From Phaeosaccion multiseriatum (taxonomy: Eukaryota > Protista > Ochrophyta, other classes), in NCBI GenBank assembly GCA_965112735.1, contig OZ218955.1, forward strand, positions 372,001-436,000: a DNA stretch of 64,000 nt. Direction: 5' to 3'. The notes under the pieces were generated by a model. The model made no database searches and was not told where the DNA came from. It saw nothing but the letters and a program-made list of their open reading frames with translations. This document shows positions 1 through 12,750 of this stretch, one piece after another. The translations under genes were made by a program, and so were the position numbers. Within the stretch, counting starts at the first letter, position 1; each line of letters begins with the position of its first letter.

Positions 1-499
1 TGACATTGGCACGTGAGATAAACTACAGCACAGATGGACAGACTCACACATTCACAGCAAGGGGGAAGTATGCTGCGCTTCCAAGTAAACAACCGTCTAG
101 TTTTTCAATTCAATGGAAGGGAATTAATCGAGGGCAATGGTACCCAGAGGGTGTGAGTCTCCTCGGCAGGGAAGCTTCGCCAGGGCCCCTGTATAATGAT
201 GTTCTCTCCCCCTCGCCCTGCGACCCCCCCCCTCCACCCTCGCCCTCCTCCAACCCTCTCCCCCCTCTCCCTTCTCCTCCACTCGGGAAATCCACCTCCC
301 CCCTCCTCCTCTTCCTACCGCTCCTCATGTTCCTCCTCCTCCTCCTCCTCCTCCTCCTCCTCCTCCTCCTCCCCCTGCTCCTCCTCCTCCTCCTCCTCCT
401 CCTGCTCCTCCTCCTGCTGCTGCTGCTGCTCTCCCTCCCCATCCACTGCCATCCTCCTCCTCCCCGGTCTCCCGCCCTCCACAGCCCCGCCCAAACTAC

Positions 500-3190
500 C
501 CCCCCCCCGCGGTGACGGCGTTGAGATCTGCGGCCTTGACGGTCATCAAGCGCGTCGCTCCCTTCGCTACAAAGTCCATCTCGAACGGTTTCTCCTCCCC
601 CGTAATGGCCCACTGCGCAATCACGCTCTTGGGCCCGAGCTTGGGTACAATCTCCCCCGCCACAACAATGTACATTCGGTCTGGAGTCTCCCCCGACCGG
701 CCCAAGAAGGCCCCATCCTCCAGCTTGACCTCCTCCATTCGATCGGCAAGGTCTCCCATCTCAAGCGGGGTGAGTGCTTTGGTCTCCGGGGTGTGCCGAA
801 GCGCTTTGAGCACCACCTCTCTGAGGATGCCCATGGCGATACAATGCCGGAAGGAGGAGCGATCGAGTGTCCAAAGGAAGCCCGTGGAGGTGCACTTGAT
901 CGTCGCTGTCCGGGGCTCTCCGTACATCAGGGCGAGCTCTCCGAAACAGGACCCACTGGCGCTTATATCACCAACGCGCTTATCTTTCCCCTTGGCATCT
1001 GCCACGGACACCACGTACCCGCCTGCACCCACCATGTAAAACTTGTCTCCATCATCCTTCTCTTTGATAACGATGTCCCCCGGCTCCACCTCCTCCTTAT
1101 TCATGGCGTGGATGATAAGGTCGAGCTGTGTCTCGCTCAGCTTGGCGAAGAGAGGGAGGGCCTTCAGGCACCGTGCCATCACCTCCTTCTCCTCCGCCGT
1201 CTTGACGCTCCCCATGGTGTTGGTGAGCGAAGCGGTGGCGTTGGCACCTCCTAGCTCCCCGTCCTGCTCATTGCCTAGCAGACGCCTCTGTGCGTCGTTG
1301 CCGAAGTGCCTTCGCACGGGGCGCATGCCGACCGTCTCAATGCCCTCCGGACTGACCATACTGATCTTCTTGCTTATTCTCCTCGTATGGGCCGACGCCG
1401 CAGATTCTTCCCCGCTGCCGGTCTTTCCTCCTTCGCCGCCTGCTTCGGCTCCTCTTCCTTCTCCTTCTCCTCCTCGTGGTCCTTCCGTAAAGTTCTCTAC
1501 GAAAAGAATGATGATTGTGATGTCGTCTGTGCGGGTCTCGTACTGCAGCCACAAGCGAAAGCTCTCCTGCACCACGTGTCGAGCGGCTTCCAGAGGGTCC
1601 TCATATCTATCGCACACGCGCACACGCATACACACACACAAAGAAGAAGAAGAAGAAAAGAGAGGGGGAGGGGGGGGGGAGTTCATGTTAAGGTGGGAGA
1701 CAGCACAGGACAAGAGTGGCACGAAGAGGTCGAGAGCCCAGAGCCTAGAGCCCACTCGTCCATGGGAAGGGACCAGCGCGAGAGACCCAAGTCTGGCGCT
1801 CCTCCCTCCCTCCCTCCCTCCCTCCCTTCCTCCCTCTTTGTCTCCAATTCACTCACCTGTCGATGACCTCCATGACCTGCTTGGACGTCATAAACTCCCA
1901 CACGCCATCCGAGGCCACCACGATGAACCTGTCGTCCTTGGTTAGCCTACGACACACCTGCTCTGGATCGGGGCAGACCCCCACCGACTTTGCCACATTA
2001 TCTCCTAGAGACCGCGTGAAGGCACACCCCGGTCGCTCGAGGTCGGCACACCACACCCGGGGCGGGTCTCCCTGATCGTCGAGCTCTTCGCCCAGTTGGG
2101 TATCCCAATCCTCATGGATGGGCTCGTAGCCCTCCAGTTGGTCGATAGTCATCACCTTGCCGCCTGAGGCCTTGATGCGTTCCCGCTCGTCTCGGCGGAA
2201 CGGCGTTTGGTCCAGCGACAGAGGCACGGCCTTGAGGAGCCCATCCTCCCCCTGGCGGGCGATGATGGCTCGACTGTCCCCTACATTGTTGACAAACAGC
2301 GTGTCCTCCCTCAGCAGGATGGAGCAGGCCGTGGTGCCGCTGAGCGAGTCATCAAATTGAGCTTGGTGGATGGCGTCGTCTGTCTCCTTGTGGCACGAGT
2401 AGCCTTGCTCCAGGACCTCCTCGTCGCTCAGCTCGGAGTAGGTGCCTCCGTTGGCCTTGGCCTTCTTGCCTAATCGCCGAATCAAATTCTTGGGAAGGTT
2501 CTTGGAGGCAAACTGAGCGCATAAATCCCCCGTGCTGCCGTGCCCGTCGTACACACCAACCATGAGGGAGTTGGGGTCGCCGCAGAACTGCTCCTCTACA
2601 TTGTAGCTGTCCTGGTTGGCCTTGTTGGGTGTGGCGGGGTAGAACCCCCTCTGGGAGACATGTGCGTACCGTAGGTCGAACGACAGTGTCGAGGTCATGC
2701 CGTCGGTCCCCAGGCCGCCATGGATAGTGATTGTTTTCGTCTCCTTCGACTCATCCACCCTCGCCCTCAGATCCGCCTCCGTCAGCCCGTGCTCTTGGTA
2801 CTGATTGTACGTGGAGTAATTGTCAAAGCCCTTTCTATCATCTCCCTCACTGGTTGGTGCCACGAATCCATCTGCGACGGCCGCTGCCGCCGCTGCCGCC
2901 CCTGGCTTCACTTCGCCCACTTCTGCGGCTGTGGCTGGTTCCGAAGCTCCTGCGGTGACCCCCTCCTCCTCTAGTGTCTGCGGCGCCTGGCCCTGCTCGC
3001 TAGAAGCCGGCGTTGTCGCATCGTCCGTGCCTGCTCCTTTTTCTGCTCCCTCCCCTCCCTTCGGTGGAGTTCCGCCCACAGCCTCGTCCGAATCCACCGC
3101 CATGACCGCATTGTTCTTACCGGGGGCACTGGGACCACTCTTTTTCAGTGCCCCCTGGACCTGGCCGAGTGCACTGGCGCCACAGCCCAT
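500..3190 (-). CDS. Protein phosphatase 2C fused to cyclic-nucleotide-binding domains (3' part probably continues left of 500, possibly out of the window)
   Basis: Exon 1 is 3190-1857. It starts MGCGAS (myristoylation/palmitoylation-type) and carries PP2C motifs NQDSY, GVYDGHG, SGTTAC, NVGDSR, TRSLGD and ASDGVWE. After a GT-AG intron (1856-1607), exon 2 (1606-500) has a cNMP domain (FGELALMYGEPRTATI) and a second degenerate one. A probable donor sits at 499. Confidence 0.88.
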
Positions 3191-4630
3191 TCTTGCTAGA
3201 GCCGCCGGGCCAACTCTTCTGCTCTCCTCTCTGTTCCCCCCTATCAACAGGTGAGGGGTTTCTTGACAGAAGCAGCCGCCCCGCCCCTCGCCTCCTCACG
3301 GAACTGTGTATACACCCACTCGTACAGCGCAGCTGAAGCACCTGAGCAAGCCGCAGCAATCTCCTCCTATCCAACCTTCTCAACTTCCCTCCCCTCTCCT
3401 CTCCCTCCTTTCTTTTCTTTCCTAATGATGGGATTGTGGTTGCTTCAGCCAAATGAAGATCCGCAGCAGAGACGAGCTGTGCTAGAACAGAAGTCTCGCG
3501 GCTTCTCACAGCTGTCAGCCTAGCTGTGGTGTTGCTAGGCTCTCTTGGAGGGCACACAAGGCCCGCGTAACGCTTAAGCCGATATGCCTGCATGGATGTA
3601 CGTAAGTCAACGGGAGAGGAAACCGGTCAATAAACTGTAGGGGGGGGGGGGTTGGGGGATGGTCCTGCCTTGTTGTGCTGCTTCTCATCCCTCTGGACCC
3701 TCCACAGTCATCCCCCTGCCGCTACTATTTATACATTTCGACACCTTTCCCCCTTTCCTTTTGACGTTTCACTAACTCGCACAAACCTCTCGTTAGACGT
3801 GGGGCTTCTCGCACCCCTCTACAGTACACTTCTTGCTATTATGGCTATTCTCACCGTCCCGCAAGAGGTGTACTGTACAGGGGTGCAAGAAGCGCCACGT
3901 CTAAGGAGGGGTTTATGTGAGTCATGGAAAAGAAAAAAAAATGACAAAAATTATGTCAAAGGAGATATCCAAAGGACGCCTTTGCATTGCCCCCCCTTTT
4001 TTGGAGGTGGATGTACTGCCAAGGGTGTGAGCAGGACCCGGTGTATTGCATTGGCCGCGGAGCGGTGGTAAGGAGGTGTAGAGAGAGAGGCTGTGAGAAG
4101 CAGGCCCTGAGTGGATGTACGTGAGGCACGCTCGAGTGAGAGGTGCGCTAGCGAAGCACAAGAGGAGCTAGCCGAGCAGAACGACGAGGAGATTATTCAG
4201 TGTGCACCGGTGTCAAAGTGAAGAGCTGCCACCGACATTAGTAGGAGAGCAAGGAAAGGGGGCGCATTTTTCTATCTTCAACGGAACCAGAGGAGCGACA
4301 TTAAGGAAAGAAAGAAAGCAAAGGAGGAGGGGAATGGTGTGGGTTTGCTTGCGGGATTGGGGCATCGCCATGTCGGAGACGAGACTCAACTGCCTCGTTT
4401 CGTGTGGAGAGGGCTGGAGAGCGCGTCTGCTGTTGCTGCCAGCGCCTGCTGCGGCCGTCGGGGTTGGGAGCTATCGAGTAGCGTGGTGGTGATCGTGGGA
4501 TGGTAACGGCGAGAGAGAACAAGAGAAGAGCGCGGAAGGCGGTGCGAGCGAGCGTGCGTGCGAGCGGAGAGCGTGTCTGGCATTTTTTCTCTGATTCCTC
4601 GGGAGGACTTGCGGTTTCTTGACCCGACTA

Positions 4631-5149
4631 TCGGCCCCGTGCACGCCTAGCGGCCTAGGCCTATTTTGGAAAATTGCCCGGCCTAGCGAGGGCCGTAGGC
4701 CCTCGGCCTATTTATAGGCCGCCTAGGCGGCGGCCTAGGCGGGGGCCGGAGGCCCGCGGCCTAGGGCAGACGCCAACTAGGCGCAGGTCCAGGGCGGGAA
4801 TATGCTCATATGCCCCTGGGCTGGCCCGGAACCCGCCCAAGTGTCGTCAGTTTTAAGCAAATGTATTGCATGGGACAAGTGAGGAGTAGACTTGGTTCGT
4901 ATTGTCTCTTTCCGCCTCGCTGGCCCTACGAGGAGTGCAGGCCTAGAGGTGTGCTGCTACCCACTGGCTGGGCGGCACCACGCACGCGCCCACGGACGGG
5001 AGGCTGCCTAGAGGCGGGCTATAGGCCGCCTAGGGCTGAAAAGTGAGCGGCCTAGAGCGGCCGGAGCCCGCCAGCCTAGGCCTATTTCGGCCGAAGGCCG
5101 AGCGGCCTAGCGGCCTAGAGCCTAGGCCGCTAGGCGTGCACGGGGCCGA
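4631..5149. mobile_element. MITE-like non-autonomous element, 519 bp, 30-bp perfect TIR, 6-bp TSD CGACTA
   Basis: 4631-4660 (TCGGCCCCGTGCACGCCTAGCGGCCTAGGC) is the exact reverse complement of 5120-5149. CGACTA flanks both ends (4625-4630 and 5150-5155). Many internal GGCCTAG(G) sub-repeats. Confidence 0.92.
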
Positions 5150-5769
5150 CGACTAAAGAGTTTGAGAGGAGGAAGGAGCCGAAGGAAGGAGTAGAGTAAC
5201 AGTGGTCAAACGAGAGGGAGGTGAGGGAACGACATGTGTCAGTACCCCAGGCAGCTCGTTAGAGACAATGCAGAGTGAGATTTACGCAAACCACTTCTTT
5301 TCTTTTATCGCCCAGTTGGGGCTGTGCAACCGCACCCCATGTAGGCGTGTCCTCACTGCTTGTTAGTGAGTGGTTGGGGGCAAGTCCCGGCCAAACGTTT
5401 TCTCGCCCTCCCCTCCCTCGTACCACACCCCTTGGCATCATCCCTTCTCCCCCGACGCACAAGCGCTGACACTCGAGCGCCGGAGGGACGATGGAAGAGG
5501 CCTATGCCTAGTCTTATGTCGCTGCCTCGCTCTTTGAACGAGTTGAGGATAGAAAAAGGCCAGAACGAAGAAAAGCAGTCTCGTCCGTTCACGCACGCAT
5601 CAACCCACCTGCCAGTCACTCCGCTCTCAACCTGAGCGACTCGGGAATATATACACCGTGCTCAGTATGCACATGTAGCCCTACGATCAAAGAGCGACGG
5701 GTGTATGGTGTGCCCCCTCCCTCCCCGTCCAATCCACCCTCTCTCCCTCCCTCCCCGGCTAGTTAGCCA

Positions 5770-6022
5770 TCGGCCCCCCGCGGGACTTCTCGGGCCCCCG
5801 ATAAGCAGAAGCCTGAGGCGGCCTGCGGCCGAAAGCAAGAAGCCCGGGGCTGGCCTGCGGCCAGAAGCCTACAGGAAAGTAGCGAGAAGCCCAAGTCTCC
5901 CATTTTTTTTCCCAGCCTGAGAAGCCCGAAGCCCAGACCTCTGGCCTGCGGCCAGAAGCCCGAAGCCTGGAGGGGGCTATGGCCCAGAAGCCCGGAGCCC
6001 GAGAAGCCCCGCGGGGGGCCGA
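5770..6022. mobile_element. MITE-like element, 253 bp, ~26-bp TIR, 6-bp TSD (TAGCCA/TGGCCA)
   Basis: TCGGCCCCCCGCGGGACTTCTCGGGC (5770-5795) matches the reverse complement of 5997-6022 with 1 mismatch. Flanks 5764-5769 and 6023-6028 match 5/6. Internal AGAAGCC(C) sub-repeats. Confidence 0.85.
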
Positions 6023-6764
6023 TGGCCAAGAACATGAATCAGGGAGGGGGGGGAGTATTGACAAAAAGCGAGCCGCGCTTCGCTCCGGCGGCGCGGGGTG
6101 AACGACCACAGACCCTCGGCTTGCTGGACGACTCGTCCCTCCCGTCGACCCAATCGGCCCTCGTCGGCCTACGATGACTCGTCCTCTCCTCTGTCACGTC
6201 TCGCACTACTCCTCTCAGCCCCCCTTTGTTTGTTAGGCGATACTCGTGTCCTTCGGTGCTCCGTGTGTACTTAGGCGAAGTACCTCGCTTGGAGGGCATG
6301 CCTGCTGTCGTCAAGAATGCCAGTTCCTCTCCACAGAGCGTCAGTGCGAAGCACGTCGTCGAGCACCACTCCACGGTCTTGGTTAGTTCCCTTCAGACTT
6401 GTAGTAGTGGGGTGCTGGGCGTGGGAGGAAAGCCGTGGTAGTAGTTGCTCTCGTCCTTCTCTCGGGACCGTCGCTCCAGCTCCGAGCCTCAGCCGGTGAA
6501 GTAATCTCGCGCCCTCGTCTCCCTCCTGGGGCTGCTCCATTCGGCGCTCAACACACAGAGACGGGCACGGTGAGAAAGAAAAAGAGGGAAAAAAGTGGAC
6601 ACCCCCGGGGAAAGGGGCGCCAAGCGAAAAAACACAATGTCATCTTGCCGCGGCGCTCGAAGCAGCTGCATATATAGCTGCACCACCACCACAGCTCTTG
6701 GTACTCTCTTGCGCGCGTCCAAGGCTCTCACACCCCCCGCAGTGCCGGACGTGAGAGCGAGGCA

Positions 6765-7246
6765 ATGGCTTCCAATCAGCCAGTGAAGGGTCAGCCGGAG
6801 GGAGCAACGGTCCAAGCCATCCATTACTTGCAGGTGAGGCAAAAAGGAAGGGAGGGGATGATGTTTGGCACAAAGCTGTTTGGCACCAAAGAGCGAGAGC
6901 GAATTACGATGACTGCTTCTGCATGCTCTTCGCTCGTTTAGAGAGGCCCAGACTTGTTGTCGCATTACGTTCTTGCTGTTGCCTCTCGCTCCTTAAGGCC
7001 GGACTCCAGACCGCGGCTCAGGCTGTGAAGGCGCGCGAAAGTGATCTGGAGAAAGAGAACATCGCCCTCAAGCGTGAGATGGCCAAGACCGCCTGGCGGT
7101 GCGCGCCTGCAGGAGTAGCCCTCATCTGGGCGAAGGAGAAGGACCCTCAGCTTGTATCATGCAAGGCCTGGAATGTGCACTCCAAGAAGCCTGCGGACAA
7201 GGCATTCTTGTGCCCCAATTGCAGTGGCGGCTTCTACCATTCGTGA
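6765..7246 (+). CDS. Hypothetical small spliced ORF or gene relic with a coiled-coil and partial, degenerate PHD-finger-like motif
   Basis: Exons 6765-6833 (MASNQ...IHYLQ) and 6998 onward (AGLQTAAQ...) are joined by a phase-consistent GT-AG intron. Ends SCKAW...FLCPNCSGGFYH, with a possible further donor at ~7243. Confidence 0.3.
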
Positions 7247-7607
7247 GTTTGTATAGATAGTGTGACGGTGCAGCAGCCCTGCAGGTCAGCGTCTCGAGCA
7301 ATTTGAAAATGCACTCTTTATTGAGCCTTGAGAGCCTTCGCTTGCCACTCTCCCCCAAACCTGCATGTCCTTTCCATTCGCTCGTCTTCTCTCTACCTTG
7401 GCTGACATGGGAAGCTGCAAGAGTGATTGTTGGCCTCTCACGCCCCCGCTGGCAACTCCGGGGGTGGCGGTGCCACGTAAGGGCCATTCCGAGGACACGA
7501 GCATATAGCCCAGAGCCCCGGAGTCACCCCAGCACCGCCCCGAGTCGCCACAACCTTCGCCCTTCTCTGACTCGCCCTGCCCCTGTGCCCCCCCCCCCCC
7601 TTCCCCC

Positions 7608-10600
7608 CTACCCCGTGTTGCTTGGGAGCCCCCCAGCCATAGAGTCGCACAGCACCTCCTCGGGACAGGGACTGGCACCGTCAGTAGCACCGCTTTCAGC
7701 ACCGTCCTCGGCATCTCCGCTGGGAGCCCGACTCCCTCTGTCGGGTGGCAGTTTCCTCTCCACCCCAGCTCTCTTGATCCCATCACCAACACCACTGGCA
7801 GGACCATTGCCACGCGACCCTAGGACAGACACAGCAGCTGTGTCTCCTCCTTCTCCCCCTCCTTCACCTTGTCCTTCTCCTCCCTCTCCTCCTTTACCAC
7901 CACTACCACCACCGCTACGCCCCGGACTCGCAAGTCTACCACCATGACCCCGATCACTCAGTCCTGCAGCTGTGCCCCCACTACTTCTCCTCCTACTAGC
8001 TGTAGTCATAGTCGTGGCAGCACCACTGCGGGTAGTGGCCAAGAGCTGCTCCATGGACAGCACGAGGTCGTCGAGCTGCCGCTTGGGACAGGTCAGCCAC
8101 GGCTCCGTCCCGCTGAGGACAAGCTTCAGACTCCGCCTCATCGCCTGGTCGCACCCCCTGCCCCTCTCGCAGTCCTGTGCCCCCCCGCCACCTCTTCCGT
8201 CGGGCCCTCCTCCTCCTCCTCCTCCTGCTGCTGCTCCTCCTGTATTGTCACCGCCCACTGTGGCAAAAGGCGCAAAGGCCAATGCCGCGCCCGCGCCCAC
8301 ATTGCTCTTGCCTGCCCTGCCGCCGTCCTGGTCATCCTCACCGAGCTCTGCCTCTGACAGGGCGGTGTGCTGGACCGGCAGAGGCCTGCAGCTGAGCCTG
8401 TGGCGGTGGTCCTGAGCGGGTCTCAGCCCCTGACCGATGGCGATGCTGCGCTCCACCGTCTCTGCCCTCGCCAGGACAGCCTCGGGCACTCTGGTCCAGG
8501 GATGAGTGAGAGTGTGGGGCAGGAGCGAGTCAGGCCAGCCGCAAGCAAGGATGAGATGTACGAAGACGGACGGGACAGACGTCACGATGGAGAAAGAGCC
8601 GCACCCAGGGATACCACGAGCGAAAAGGACCTTTCCTTAAGTATGACCCCGCCATATGCATACACGGAGCTAGGCATATGAAGCAAGTGAATGCGCCCAG
8701 TGATATCACTGACTAACTCTTGGACCTCCCCTTTCTTTCGAGCAATGTGCGGCTGGCCTTCTTCTACCCCCTGCTGCCATCCCTCCTCGCCTTACCCTGC
8801 CATCCTCGCGCAAGCCACCCCGAAAGACTTGCCCACGGCCCCTGTGACGAGCTTGTACAGGGGTGTGGGGTCCCCGTTCTCGTCGTCGAAGCTGGCAGGG
8901 CCGTGTTCTCCACCCTCAGCCTCAAAGTCGCCGTCCTCCTCGCCCAGCAACAGCTCTCGCCCTCCTCCTCGCAGTCTGCGCCTGTGTGCACGCGTGTGCA
9001 CGTGTACGTGTGCGTGTGGGTGTACGTGTGTGTGTGTGTGCGTTTGCGTATGTGTGTGTTGAGTTGGAAGAGTCAAAGAGGGAGAAGCGCCTGCCTACTG
9101 GCTCGCAACGGCCGGCCAGCCAAAGGGACGAGTCCACACACGCACGCACTCGAGTGTGCTCGCTGAGTAAGCTTGAGGACGTGCTTACCTCGCTGCTGGA
9201 GTGACGTGCACATCCATACGATACACGCGAACACGGGGCAGGCCCTCCACCTCTCCGTTGGCCCGCACCCGCCCCAGCACACCCTGCCACACCACGCGTC
9301 ACACCACCCCGTCCGTACCGTCCGTAGGGGCAAAGGTACATAGCCAAGAGGGCAGAGAGTGACAGAGAGAGACAGAGAGGCCGAGAGGGGGGGGCGTGTT
9401 TGCGTGCGTGAGTGTGTGCGTGTGAAGAAGGGCAAGGAGAGAGTCAAGTCATGCCATTTGCAGCAACTGCCTCCTCGATGCCCGCTAGGCCTCACAGTAG
9501 CCATAGCTGGCACTTACTTCACTACGTACTTACCCTTTGGAAGATCTCGTGGAAGTGGAGGGTGGCCAGCACGTGCACGTCGTCGCGACGGTTGGCGAAG
9601 TGCTTGATGACTGCCACCCAGCGAGAGAAAGCCAGACGAGCCAAGCGAGGCCAGTGGCCAGACCGCCAAGGAGGGGAGGAGGAGAATTAGGGGTTTGGGG
9701 CAGGCAGTGTGGTATGGTGTCAAGTAGTGTCAAGCAGCCACCCAGCACGCCTTAGTGGCAAGGCGGAACGAGAGCGAGCCTAGTTGCCCCTTCCCCCCCC
9801 CTGGGCTATTTGGTGCCTCTTGACGGTCCTGCAGAAGCTCACCTGCCGCCATGAGCCACACTCCGTCCGTGGGGTTGGTGCCTTTGCCGAACTCGTCAAT
9901 GAGGAGCAGAGAGGACACATGTGAGCCCTCAGGGGCCTGAGAAACACCACTGCCGGCGTCGGTGCCAGTGGCGTGGCCGGGGTCAGGGGCAGGGCTCGGT
10001 CTGCCACCCCCCGGGAGATGAATCATCCTTGCCACCTGCGCCAGATCGATGGCGAAGGACGACTGCGGAAGGCTGCTCGCTCCGTGGAGAGAGAACGGTT
10101 GGGAGCGGTAGGCGGAGAGTCGCACAAGAGGAGCAGCAGCAGCCAAGAGGGGATAGTGAGTGTACGGTGGGGCGTTGCTCTCCATCTCACATCCACACAC
10201 CTCGCTGTCTCGACGGAGCTGATGCGCGTAAGGATGCGCCCGGTGAGGCCGATGATGGCGTTGGAGCATGGAATGAAGCTCCCAACGTGCGCGAGCAGCA
10301 CGAGCACGCCCACTTGCTTGAGGTACACGGACTTGCCGCTGCTGTTGGCCCCCGTGATGATACCCACTCGGCTGGCGGGGGTGAGGTAGGTGTCCTGTGG
10401 TTGTTCAAAGACAGAGTCGAGCCGAGCCGAACCCCACCGCACCATACAATCAGAAAGGGAGATCATGGTCGACCATCGGTATTGTGGAGTCAGTTTTGCA
10501 ATGTAAGTACGTGAGTACGTGAGGTGAGTGTGTGTGGGTCAGGTGGACCTCCTCTTCTGTGTGGCGTTCGGGCCAGTGGATAGTGGATGGTGGACAGCCG

Positions 10601-12718
10601 AGAGTGGCAGTGGGCCTCCCACAGGACCTCCGAGCCAGAGAAGTGTGCTTTTCTTCGTCTTGGCCTCGCGCTCTCACATTGGGGATGAAGGTGTCGACGA
10701 CGAGCGTCTGCAGCGGGTGAGCTCCGTCCTTGATGATCACGACGCTCTCCTTCACCATCTTCGGCCGTCGGAAGCCAAAATCGGACGCCACACTCGCCAT
10801 TGCCATAATCTGAGCGGAGCCCCGCGACACCCAAGCGAGGCGGTCAGCGAGGACAGCGAGGCGGCGCGTGAGGGAAAGCAGGGCAGCGAAGGGTAGCGGG
10901 ACAGGGACAAGGACAAGCAGGCACACACGTGAGCGAGAGGCCTCGGCTCGGGAAGTTGTGACATTAGTCAAGAATCAGGAGCAGCGCCGCCATGGGCTAA
11001 TAATTGTCGTCCTTACGAAAGAAGCATAAAGCCCGCACGACTCCTGACACGCGGGTCCCTCTCAGCGAGTGTGAGTGCGTGCGTGCGTGCGTGCTTGCAT
11101 GTGTCTGTGTGTCTGTGCGTGCGTGTGCGGTCCAAGCAGGGGGTGCCTACTTACCGCGTCGAGCTCCGACAGCGCCGCAGTGGACTCCTGTAGGGGCTGC
11201 TCCTCACAGAGCACGTACTCCTCCAGCTCCCTCAGCAACGCGCTGCGAGTGTCCGCCATGTCTGCCTGGATGTCGCCGATGCTCTGGTCCAGCTCCTCCG
11301 TGTGGGCCTGCTCTTCCAAGGCCGGGGGGGAGGGGGAAGGGAGAGGTTAGGAGCGAGGGGAGGGGGGAGAGGAAAGGAGCGAGGGGAGAGTAGAGAGGGA
11401 GAAGAGGAGATGAGAGGAGGGGAGGAGGGGAAAGGAGAGGGGAGACGGAACTGTACGCGGTCAAGCTCAGTCGGGGAGGACGAATCGAGGGCGGTAGAAC
11501 GCGCGCGCACGCACACGACGACTCCTCTCTGAAATGAGCATCGCAGGGAGGGACACGCACCGTCTTGTAGTAATCAATGTCTCCGACGTTGAAGGCGAAG
11601 CAGAAGTGCGACGGGGAGACATACTGCCTGCTCTGCACGCCGACCTATCGAGCGAGGGGGGAGGGGTGAGGGGCAAGAGTATGTCAATGGTTGAGAAGGG
11701 GGGGCGAGGGGCGCAACGTATGTCCATGGCTGAGCGTGCAGAGCGCGTGAGAGCGTGCAAGTGGGAGCACTAGACACGGGATACGGCCGCGTGTGCGTGC
11801 GTGTGTGGATCAAGCCAAGCTCCGTTTTGAGTGGAGCGACTCACTGCTTTCCTCCACCACCACACACACACACGCACACAGACACTCGTGCACTCACCGC
11901 CACGAGGAATCCGATCTGCGGGAAGTACTCCACACTGAGCTCGTCGAGCAGCGGATTGTCGCGCAGCACCACCTCTCCCACCTGCGCAGAATGGACGGTG
12001 CAGGCATATGGGCAGAGGCAGGGGCATGGCCATGGGCATCGGCAGAGGCAGGTCGCGAAAAGGCCAGCGCAGTTCCAGAGTCAGATCACGACCCGTCCAG
12101 GAGCAGCGCAGGGGTGCAGGGGTGAGGAGAGGGAGGATAACGGGAGTTAGCCAGAGGGAGAGCGAAGACTTGATGAATAAGCGAGGAGAAGGCGAGGGGC
12201 TGCCCAGAGTACCCGCAAGGCGGGCAAGTGCGCGATTTGGATGAGGAGGCTGCTGCCATAGGCTGCCATAGGTGCGTCACTCGCCTCTCTGAGGGTGCAG
12301 TCAAGCCCGTCGTACTTGGCCTTCAGCTCGTCAAGCTGGGGGCACGCTCCGGGGCAGATCACCAGCTCCTTCTGCTCCAGGGTGGACTGACAAGCGAAGG
12401 AGAGCAGCAGCAGCGAGGAGTAGGACAGAGGAGGGAGGAGCGAGGGGCGAAAGTTATCAGATGGGCAAGGCGAAAGGCAGCCCGAAATTCTCCCGGTGTC
12501 AACGAGCTCGCACAGCGTAACCGCGAAGGCTCAGCGAGTCACTCGGCCAACAAAGTCACTCCCACTCGCTTGGCTGGCGTGTTGGGGGAGGGCAGAGGGA
12601 AGACACGCACTCACCTGAAGGTCGATAGTGCTGGACAGGAGCTGCACACAGCGCCGAAGGCTCACAGCCTCGACCCTCCCCGCAATGTCGTCCAAGAACT
12701 CCACGTGCGAGAGGTGCC

Positions 12719-12750
<32 letters not shown>

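Noticed and set aside
496-499. TAG as the true stop of the PP2C-cNMP gene
   Set aside because: It overlaps a plausible GT donor followed by typical intron-like sequence, so the gene probably continues.
196-1945. Long plus-strand ORFs opposite the PP2C-cNMP gene (and similar antisense ORFs elsewhere)
   Set aside because: Shadow ORFs expected in GC-rich coding DNA, with no protein motifs.
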